DNA of 64,000 nucleotides, from assembly GCA_965277925.1 (NCBI GenBank), contig OZ255850.1, positions 2,855,030 through 2,919,029 on the forward strand. The letters are read 5' to 3'. The position numbers were made by a program, and so were the translations under genes. The stretch is from Granulicella sp. Its GTDB lineage: Bacteria; Acidobacteriota; Terriglobia; Terriglobales; Acidobacteriaceae. Below are positions 17,032-24,397 of the stretch, one piece after another. The notes under the pieces were generated by a model. The model was not told the origin of the DNA, did not search any database, and saw nothing but the letters and a program-made list of their open reading frames with translations. Within the stretch, counting starts at the first letter, position 1, and every line of letters begins with the position of its first letter.

Positions 17032-17777
17032 GGGGATTAGGAAGCAAAAGGGCTCAGAGAGGGTCCTTTCTGAGGAAGTTAAGCAGGGCTTTGTAGAGGT
17101 TGTCGTTGCGGTAATTGAAGCGAAATTCTGTCTCTTTAAGGTGGAGGTAGAAAGTGCGTTTGGGCACGCCGCAGAACCTAGCGAGGCGCCGTTTGGCTAG
17201 GCTCCAGAAGCTCTCGATGCCGTTGATGTGATTGAGCTGCTGAGCGAAGACATTCTCTCGGTGCTCGACCCTGAGGTGCTTGTTGTAGCCCAGATCGACC
17301 AGGCCGTGATAGCCTGCCCAGCCGTCAGTATGGATCACCGAGCTAAGGCTGGCTCGGCCACCAATCACAGCCTGCAGCGCGGCTTTGGAAGCATCAGGGA
17401 CGATCGCGGTGTAGACCTTGTCGGCGCGCTTGAGCAGGCCGAAGACGATGGTCTTGCCGCCGGCGCCGCGGCCGCACCTTCCGCGCACGCGCTGTGGGCC
17501 GAAGTAGGATTCATCCGCTTCGAGCACGCCCTCGAACGGCGACTGCCGCTCGCACTCGGCGGCGATCCTGGTGCGCAGGCGCAGGAAGATCGCGTTCACC
17601 GAACGAACCGAAACGCCAGTCAGGTGGGCGGTCTGCGTGGCCGTTAAATTCAGTGCAAAACACCTCACCAGATGACGAAACTTTGCCTCACTTAATTTGG
17701 AAAATCGAAAATAGCAGTTTGACTGCGCCATCACTGCACTTTAGCGCCGCTCCAACCTCGTTTGCTTCCTAAGCCCC
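17032..17777 (-). mobile_element. IS1595-family (IS1016-like) insertion sequence, 746 bp
   Basis: 17-bp TIRs GGGG(A/C)TTAGGAAGCAAA at 17032-17048 and 17761-17777; 7-bp target duplication TCTGCGT at 17025-17031 and 17778-17784. Confidence 0.92.
17054..17734 (-). CDS. IS1595-family DDE transposase
   Basis: EADESYFG, VIHTDGWAGY, HINGIESFWSLAKRRL, LHLKETEFRFN. Confidence 0.93.
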   Translation of the reverse strand: MMAQSNCYFRFSKLSEAKFRHLVRCFALNLTATQTAHLTGVSVRSVNAIFLRLRTRIAAECERQSPFEGVLEADESYFGPQRVRGRCGRGAGGKTIVFGLLKRADKVYTAIVPDASKAALQAVIGGRASLSSVIHTDGWAGYHGLVDLGYNKHLRVEHRENVFAQQLNHINGIESFWSLAKRRLARFCGVPKRTFYLHLKETEFRFNYRNDNLYKALLNFLRKDPL

Positions 17778-17982
17778 TCTGCGTTTGCAATCCCTACACC
17801 ACTGCGTAAGTCGCGCGCCGACCAGGGTACCGTCGTCTGCCTGGAGGGCAAGACGTTGTTGCGTTTGCAGCGGTTGCCCGAGGCTGAAGATCGTGGTTTT
17901 GGGTAAACTCCGGCGCGGATCGCGGACGAAGCGTGAAGAACGGACGAGAGATTCTGCACACTGGCGCAGAATCTCGACGGAC

Positions 17983-18168
17983 CTAGAGGTTGTTGGTAAG
18001 GCTGTTGCCGATACCGTTGAAGGCATTGCCGATTGTATTGGCGAGGGCTTTCATGGAAGCGACCGCGCCGAGACCGATAAGGGCCGCGACAAGGGCGTAC
18101 TCGATGAGGTCTTGACCGGATTCATCGCATACGAGATTCGAAAAGATGTGCTTCAGCTTATTCATCAT
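17983..18168 (-). CDS. Flp/Fap type IVb pilin
   Basis: DESGQDLIEYALVAALIG, the Flp prepilin cleavage motif with the conserved EY; AGAAAGGA RBS; 61 aa. Confidence 0.92.
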   Translation of the reverse strand: MMNKLKHIFSNLVCDESGQDLIEYALVAALIGLGAVASMKALANTIGNAFNGIGNSLTNNL

Positions 18169-18201
18169 TTTCCTTTCTGTTCCGTGGTGATGCGACGTCT
18201 T

Positions 18202-18275
18202 CGGTCGGCGCTGCAACGCTCCGTGTTCCCCATGAGCTTGTGACTATGGGAACTTCATCCAGGAGCGCCGTCCGG
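18202..18275 (-). ncRNA. Structured 5' leader of flp (candidate cis-regulatory RNA)
   Basis: Nested stems GGCGCTCC/GGAGCGTT and GTTCCCAT/ATGGGGAAC with a GGATGAA internal loop, and an alternative pairing CGGACGGCGC/GCGCCGACCG. Confidence 0.35.
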
Positions 18276-18296
18276 TAAGGCATCGTGATATTCCCC

Positions 18297-18323
18297 CTTT
18301 CGGCAGATTTCGCAGAACCTTTA
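18297..18323 (-). promoter_or_regulatory. Sigma28 (FliA)-type promoter toward flp
   Basis: Minus strand TAAA-N15-GCCGAAAG. Confidence 0.6.
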
Positions 18324-18376
18324 ATAGTTGGTATCCCCCTCCGTTCGTTCCGCGATAAGAAAATTCGTGGGTGCGC

Positions 18377-18403
18377 TAAAGAAAGAAAAATTTGGGCCGA
18401 TAA
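18377..18403 (+). promoter_or_regulatory. Sigma28 (FliA)-type promoter, full consensus
   Basis: TAAA (18377-18380), N15, GCCGATAA (18396-18403). Confidence 0.75.
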
Positions 18404-18543
18404 CAAATTTGCGTCCAGGAAAGCAGATTGGCCGGTGCGCGACTTTCCCGTCGTATTGGCTTCATGTAGTTTGGCCTTTCTGCTGCCGATCTTCCACGTC
18501 CTGGTTCTGTCTCGATCTCGCTCTCACCAACGAGGACATCACC

Positions 18544-18711
18544 ATGCTGGAGTTCGTCACCATTTTCCTGCCACTCCTAGCAGTCCCGCTTACAGCGCCT
18601 ATCGCCCTCGTTTCCATTCGGTGTATCCGTCATTCAGCCGATCGTGCCGGCGCGGGACGCAACACGCCGGTGATGGACGTGACCGGCGAAAGCGTTGCTG
18701 AATCTTCGTGA
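18544..18711 (+). CDS. Small membrane peptide (55 aa)
   Basis: GAGGA RBS; hydrophobic N-terminus MLEFVTIFLPLLAVPLTAPIALVSI. Confidence 0.4.
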   Translation: MLEFVTIFLPLLAVPLTAPIALVSIRCIRHSADRAGAGRNTPVMDVTGESVAESS

Positions 18712-18809
18712 CGCAGGAGAACATGCCGGTTGCCGGCAACCGGTCGGCTTGCAGTTTTGCAGGTTTCAACTTTGCAGGTCCTCAACTTGAAGGAGAGGAG
18801 GTCGATCCC

Positions 18810-18899
18810 ATGGACGTTTCTATCATTCGCATCGTCGCGGCTGTCATGGCCGTAATCGTAGTCGCTGTCATCGTGTATCGCCGCAAAGCGAAGGCATAG
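18810..18899 (+). CDS. Small single-TM peptide (29 aa)
   Basis: Strong RBS GGAGAGGAGG; MDVSIIRIVAAVMAVIVVAVIVYRRKAKA, one TM helix plus a basic tail. Confidence 0.6.
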   Translation: MDVSIIRIVAAVMAVIVVAVIVYRRKAKA

Positions 18900-18930
18900 A
18901 CCTGAAATCTGTTCCGGAAGGCTTAAGCCA

Positions 18931-19322
18931 ATGAAGACCCTCACGATTCTCAACCAATCGACCGGCGCGCAGGCCGGCGACCGCGTCACCTGCGCAGAAA
19001 CGGCGCTGTCCCGATTGGGGGGCCTTCTTGGAAAGGACGGCCTTCCGGCCGGAGGAAGTGTTTGGATAAAACCTTCCTCCGGTATCCACGCATTCGGCAT
19101 GCGCTCGCGATCGATGTAATCGGTCTCGACGCGGAGATGCGTGTTGTGAAGCGCTGGCAGAACGTGCGGCCGCAGCAAGTCGCGCACATTGCGATGAGCG
19201 TCCGCAGCGTCATCAAGTTGGCTGCCGGCGAAATTGATGCGAGTTCAATCCATGTCGGCAATATCCTGAAGGCCGTTTCGCCAATTGGAACAGAAGCAAT
19301 CTCTCTCCTTCACGCCGATTGA
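18931..19322 (+). pseudogene. DUF192-family protein, frameshifted
   Basis: The N-half (AETALSRLGGLLG...IKPSSGIHAFGMR) and C-half (IDVIGLD...VRSVIKLAAG) are in different frames; one added T near 19105 restores GMRFAIDVIGLD. Confidence 0.75.
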
Positions 19323-19382
19323 GAACCGTGCTCGCCGTTAGTCTGGGATTCCCAGCTCCGTCGTCTTGACCCGACGCATCCG

Positions 19383-19703
19383 CTACGAAGGCTGGTAGCG
19401 CGTCACGCACAGAAAGCCCTCTTCCGGCGAAAGGGTCACCCTGCAGGGCTCGAAGACATCGATCCGGACGGTGGAGTTTTCGTGCAGATCGATCTGCGCG
19501 AGGCGGCGGGCTGCATCCTCGCGCGAAGCGATGGTGCAGCGCCAGAAATCGCCTGCGTCCTGCCAGTTAACGCTGAACTCCCGGTCGTCATGCTGCCGCT
19601 GCTCGACCTGATCGTTGCGCCGCAGATTGCAGACGAGGCGCCCGAGAACGGCGGGATCATTCATCCGTTGATCGACGATTTCATTCAGTTCCAGCGATGT
19701 CAT
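19383..19703 (-). CDS. Hypothetical protein (106 aa)
   Basis: GAAGGAG RBS before ATG 19703; plausible globular composition; downstream of nuoN. Confidence 0.55.
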   Translation of the reverse strand: MTSLELNEIVDQRMNDPAVLGRLVCNLRRNDQVEQRQHDDREFSVNWQDAGDFWRCTIASREDAARRLAQIDLHENSTVRIDVFEPCRVTLSPEEGFLCVTRYQPS

Positions 19704-19802
19704 GGACGCTCCTTCAAGAACGGCGAGTGATGTCGGTTTCGAGTGACGGCGAGTCAGTCTACCAGACGGGTTCAACGATAGTGAATGCCTGCAGCGCGAG
19801 CG

Positions 19803-21311
19803 TCACAGCCCGGCAGCACGAATCGCACCCTGTAGCCCGTGCAGCAGAAGTTGCGGAGCGCAGCCCAGCAGCACGACCGCGGCGGCCAGCAGTACGGCGA
19901 CGATCTGCGTGAGGACCGGTATGCGGATGTTTGGGGCGTCGGCTGGGGGGTTCGCAACGTAAACGCGCTTGAGCACCTGCAGGTAATAGAAGAGCGAAAC
20001 GGCGCTCATCGCGATGGCGAGAACGATAAGCCAAAGCAAGCCGTGAGAGCTCGGTGTCGCGTCCAAGGCGGAGACAAACAGATAAAACTTTCCGAAGAAG
20101 CCGGCCAGCGGCGGAATGCCCGCCAGCGAGAGCAGGAAGATGAACAGGCAAGCGGAGAGGACGGGCGCACGGCGGCTGAGGCCGTCGAAGCTGGCGAACT
20201 CGTCGCTGCCACTCTGCTTTTCTACCGTGCCGATAACGGCGAAGGCGCCCAGCGTTGCGAGCGAGTAAGTGATGACGTAGTAGAGCATCGCCGCCAGACT
20301 TTGCTGCGTGTGGGCCACAATCGCGATCAGCATATAACCCGCATGCGCGATGGCCGAATAGGCGAGCAGCCTCCGCACCCTGCTCTGAATGATCGCGACG
20401 AGATTTCCCAGCACCATCGAGAGCGCGGCGATGATGGCGATCACAGCGGTCCAGCCGGTGGCGAAGTGCATCCATGCCGCGCTGCCTTCCGAGCCCGCAA
20501 AGCCCAGCGCCATGACCTGGAAGAAGAGGAAGAAGCTCGCGACCTTCGAGCTGGACGCGATGAAGGCAGCGGCCGGGATGGGCGCGGCCTGGTAGACGTC
20601 GGGCGCCCAGAAGTGGAAGGGGGCGGCTGCGACCTTGAAGCCGAAGCCAATCGCCGTGGTCACGACGGCGATGACCAGCAGCGGGTTCAGGAACGACCCG
20701 TGAGCCGCGCGGATGGCGGCCGCGATCTGCGTAAGGTTCGTTGAGTTCGAGAGGCCATACAGCAGGCTGAAGCCGAAGAGCAGAAAGGCCGCCGACATGC
20801 CCCCGAAGAGGAAATACTTGAGAGCTGCCTCTGCGGACTGCGGGCTGCGTTTGTCGAAGGCAGTGAGGACGTAGAGCGAGAGGCTCAGCAGCTCCAGCGA
20901 CATGAAGATGACCAGGATGTCCTGCGCGGCCACCAGAAAAAGCATGCCGGTGGTGGCAAGCAGGATCAGCAGAACGAACTCGCCGATGTGCTCGGTGAAG
21001 GTGGTGTCTACCGAGAGCAGGAGCGTAAGGACCGTGAGGGCGAGTAAAGCGATCTGCACGAATTGCGTGAGCGGGTTCGCGACAAACATTCCCGCGAGGT
21101 TGGCTGCGGCAGGAGCAAGTAGCAAGCGGAGGATCGAGCCCGCGCAGCCGAATGAGGCGAGAGTCGCGGCCACACCGAAGCGAAGTCGCGTTCCGCGATT
21201 GCGCAAAAGCAGGAGATCCGTCGCCAGCACCACCAGCGCCGTGACGACGAGGATGACCTCCGGCAGGAGAAGCTGCAGCAGATGCGTATAGGGCGTCGGA
21301 TTCATCGCCAA
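19803..21311 (-). CDS. nuoN: NADH-quinone oxidoreductase subunit N
   Basis: FMSLELLSL, EAALKYFLFG, GFKVAAAPFHFWAPDVYQ, RLLAYSAIAHAGY, GFFGKF. Confidence 0.95.
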   Translation of the reverse strand: MAMNPTPYTHLLQLLLPEVILVVTALVVLATDLLLLRNRGTRLRFGVAATLASFGCAGSILRLLLAPAAANLAGMFVANPLTQFVQIALLALTVLTLLLSVDTTFTEHIGEFVLLILLATTGMLFLVAAQDILVIFMSLELLSLSLYVLTAFDKRSPQSAEAALKYFLFGGMSAAFLLFGFSLLYGLSNSTNLTQIAAAIRAAHGSFLNPLLVIAVVTTAIGFGFKVAAAPFHFWAPDVYQAAPIPAAAFIASSSKVASFFLFFQVMALGFAGSEGSAAWMHFATGWTAVIAIIAALSMVLGNLVAIIQSRVRRLLAYSAIAHAGYMLIAIVAHTQQSLAAMLYYVITYSLATLGAFAVIGTVEKQSGSDEFASFDGLSRRAPVLSACLFIFLLSLAGIPPLAGFFGKFYLFVSALDATPSSHGLLWLIVLAIAMSAVSLFYYLQVLKRVYVANPPADAPNIRIPVLTQIVAVLLAAAVVLLGCAPQLLLHGLQGAIRAAGL

Positions 21312-22813
21312 CCGCCTTGGCGCAGACCCGCGAATAGCGGAGAGTTCAACGCCGGTGTAATCACTTGCAGGAGCATCTGCGGATAGAGACCGATGGCGAC
21401 GCTGGTGGCGATCAGAATGATTGCGCCGAGGCGCTCGGGAAGGGTTATGGCCGGCAGCGGAGCATGAGACTGCGCAGATACGGTGTTCGGCTCCGCGAAG
21501 AAGGCCTTTTGCATCGCGCGCCAGATATAAACGACGCCCATCAGAATGCCGAACCCGAGGCCCACCGCAAACGCGGGGAACGCGCGCCAGGCACCCACCA
21601 GAATCATCAACTCCGCAACGAAGCCACTGAAACCGGGCAGCCCCATGCTTGCCATTCCGGCGAGCACGAACATGACCGCCGCGAAAGGTATGGCCTTGCT
21701 CAGGTTCATCGGCCCGAGAGCCGCGAGTTCGCGTGTATGGGCACGGTTATAAACCATGCGGCCGACCACGGCGAAGAGCAGGCCGGCGAGAATGCCGTGC
21801 GAGAACATCTGCACGACGGCGCCAGTCAGGCCAATCTGATTCAGCGTCATCAGCCCCAGCAGGATGAAGCCCATGTGGCTGATGCTGGAGTAGCCGATGA
21901 CGAACTTGAAGTCCTTCTGCACTAACGCTACTAAAGCTCCATAGATCACGCCGATCACGGCTAGCAGCGAGAACACATCGCGCCAGGAGCCGAGACCTAT
22001 GACGTGAAAGCCCCACGGCCCGAGGCCGAGTGGGAAGAGAGTCATGGCCACGCGCAGGCAGCCATACGCGCCGAGCTTCATAACCACCCCTGCGAGCAGC
22101 ATCGAAGCGGCCGTGGGCGCGGCTACATGGCCGGTCGGAGCCCAGGTGTGGAACGGCCACAGGCCCGCGAGAATCGCGAAGCCGAAAAAGACCAGCGGGA
22201 ACGCCCACATCTGGAAGTGCAACGGGAAAGGATATCCAGCCAGCGCATCCAGCGACATCGACTTCGCACCTGCGACGACGTAGGCGGCGACAAGACCGAT
22301 GAGCACCATCGCGGAGCCGATGAAGGAGTACAGCGCTAGTTTCATCGCGCCGTACTCGCGCCGCGTGGAGCCCCAGATCGCGATCAGGAAATATTTGGGA
22401 ATAATGACGATCTCGTAGAACACGAACAGGAGAAAGAGATCGTAGCTGAGGAACACGCCGTAAACCGCGCCGATGAGCAGCAGATAAAACGCAAAGAATT
22501 CATTGGTACGCTGCTCGATGTTCCAGGAAAAAAGGATGCCGGTGATGGCGACAATTCCGGTGAGCAGAACCAGACAGAGGCTGATGCCGTCGGCGGCAAG
22601 GTGATAGTCGATTCCGAACGACGGAATCCATGCCACGTGCGTGATGGTCTGGAGCGCGCCCGTCCTGTGTTCCACGAAGGTCGTGAGCGCGATCGCGAAT
22701 CCGGCGATGGCTGCCAGCAGCGCCAAGATGCGCGCGGCTGCGAGGCGGCCTTTCGGCAGCAGCAGGAGAGCGGCGGCTCCTAGAAACGAGATGTAGATCG
22801 TCCACGCGAGCAT
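21302..22813 (-). CDS. nuoM: Complex I subunit M, second (distal) copy
   Basis: DGIS, FYEIVIIPKYFLIAIWG, PFHTWAP, MKLGAYG, YSSISHMG, QMFSHG, GLPGFSGFVAE. Confidence 0.93.
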   Translation of the reverse strand: MLAWTIYISFLGAAALLLLPKGRLAAARILALLAAIAGFAIALTTFVEHRTGALQTITHVAWIPSFGIDYHLAADGISLCLVLLTGIVAITGILFSWNIEQRTNEFFAFYLLLIGAVYGVFLSYDLFLLFVFYEIVIIPKYFLIAIWGSTRREYGAMKLALYSFIGSAMVLIGLVAAYVVAGAKSMSLDALAGYPFPLHFQMWAFPLVFFGFAILAGLWPFHTWAPTGHVAAPTAASMLLAGVVMKLGAYGCLRVAMTLFPLGLGPWGFHVIGLGSWRDVFSLLAVIGVIYGALVALVQKDFKFVIGYSSISHMGFILLGLMTLNQIGLTGAVVQMFSHGILAGLLFAVVGRMVYNRAHTRELAALGPMNLSKAIPFAAVMFVLAGMASMGLPGFSGFVAELMILVGAWRAFPAFAVGLGFGILMGVVYIWRAMQKAFFAEPNTVSAQSHAPLPAITLPERLGAIILIATSVAIGLYPQMLLQVITPALNSPLFAGLRQGGWR

Positions 22814-22840
22814 ACTTAGAACACTACGTTCATTCTTCGA

Positions 22841-24397
22841 TCAAAACTTCAGTTGTTGCACCATCTGCATCACGGTGCCGTTGACGACGCCCAGCACAAG
22901 TTGCGGGTAAATGCCTAAAGCAAACATGAGCGCGATGACGGGGGCGAGAGCCAGCCGCTCGCCGTTTGTGAGATCGGGGAGGGCGGTCCACCGCTCGTTC
23001 AAAGGTCCGGAAAAGACACGCTGAATAACTCCGAGAATGACGATCGCTGTCACCAGCAAGCCGATGACCGAGAGCGCCGTCGCCCATGTCACGAGCGGAA
23101 ACGAGCCCTTGAAGATAAGGAACTCACCGACAAAACCATTGAGACCGGGAAGGCCGAGCGAAGAGAAGAGCGCGATACCCATCAGACCGGCGAAGACCGG
23201 AGCAACCCGGCGCAGGCCGCCAAAGTCGTTCAGCCCGCGCAGGCCGCCGCTGCGGGCTTCGAGCATGGCGATGAACCAGAAGATGGCCGCGGCAGTGAGG
23301 CCGTGATTGAACACCTGCAGCAGGACGCCGTTCATCGCGGCGAATTTTTGTGTCAGCAGCGACGCGTCACCACCAGTAAACTTGGCGACCGCGAAGATCG
23401 CCAGCAGGCAATAGCCGAGATGGTTGATGGACGAGTACGCGAAGATACGCTTCAGGTCTTTTTGCGCCAGCGCGGAGTAGGCCGAGAGCACGATGGTCGC
23501 CACGGCCAGCCAAAGCAGCGGCGTCAGCACGGCTTGCATCTGCGGATAAAAAATTGGCAGCAGGATGCGAAGGAAGCCATAGAGGCCCATCTTCGACATC
23601 GCTCCGGTGAGCAGAATCGTTGTGCCGGTTGGGGCTTCCGAGTAGGCCGCAGGCAGCCACGTGTGAAACGGAATCAGCGGCACCTTGACAGCAAAACCCA
23701 GGAACGCTCCCGCGAAGACCAGCAGTGCGACATGTTGCGGCACGAAGCGATGCCAGCCGAGATTGGCGACGACCGCAGGCATCAGATGCCCACTTTGCGC
23801 CAGTTGCGCGAGCTCGATGAAGTCGAACTTCCCCGTCGCAAGATAGATGGCGAGAAACGCCAGCAGCATCGCGACGCCGCCAGCCATCGTGTACACCAGA
23901 AACTGCGTGGCGGCGGGCGTACGTCGCGGGCCGCCCCACAGCTTGATGAGAAAGAATGCCGGGATCAGACTGAGTTCCCAGAATGTGAACCAGTGCACGA
24001 AGTTCAACGCCGTGAAGGTCCCGAACAAGCAGGTCTGCAATAGCAGCATCAGCGCGAAGTACAGCGGCACGCGCTCTTCGATCTTCCACGACGCGGCCAT
24101 GCCGATCGGAACGACGATGGCGGAGAGCAGCAGCATCAGCAGCCCAAGCCCGTCAATGCCGACGCGATACTCGATGTTGAGCGCAGGAATCCAGACGTGG
24201 CGTTCTTGAAACTGCAGCACGCCGGAGGCGGGATCGAAGCGGTGCCAGAGCACCAGCACCAGCAGCAGCGCGGCGGCGCTGAAGGCGATCGCCAGCCAGC
24301 GGGTTACGTTCGTGCGCCGGCTGCCGACGGCGAGCAGCACGAGCGCTCCCGCGACCGGCAATGCCGTAAGGACCGTCAGCCACGGAAACGTACTCAT
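22841..24397 (-). CDS. nuoM: Complex I subunit M, first copy
   Basis: ATG overlaps the nuoL stop; GIDGL, FWELSLIP, FAVKVPLIPFHTWLP, SKMGLYG, AYSSINHLG, GLPGLNGFVGE. Confidence 0.95.
   Translation of the reverse strand: MSTFPWLTVLTALPVAGALVLLAVGSRRTNVTRWLAIAFSAAALLLVLVLWHRFDPASGVLQFQERHVWIPALNIEYRVGIDGLGLLMLLLSAIVVPIGMAASWKIEERVPLYFALMLLLQTCLFGTFTALNFVHWFTFWELSLIPAFFLIKLWGGPRRTPAATQFLVYTMAGGVAMLLAFLAIYLATGKFDFIELAQLAQSGHLMPAVVANLGWHRFVPQHVALLVFAGAFLGFAVKVPLIPFHTWLPAAYSEAPTGTTILLTGAMSKMGLYGFLRILLPIFYPQMQAVLTPLLWLAVATIVLSAYSALAQKDLKRIFAYSSINHLGYCLLAIFAVAKFTGGDASLLTQKFAAMNGVLLQVFNHGLTAAAIFWFIAMLEARSGGLRGLNDFGGLRRVAPVFAGLMGIALFSSLGLPGLNGFVGEFLIFKGSFPLVTWATALSVIGLLVTAIVILGVIQRVFSGPLNERWTALPDLTNGERLALAPVIALMFALGIYPQLVLGVVNGTVMQMVQQLKF

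Noticed and set aside
21302-24397. Second nuoM as an assembly duplication
   Set aside because: The two copies differ widely in sequence and motifs, and NuoL carries the matching helix extension.
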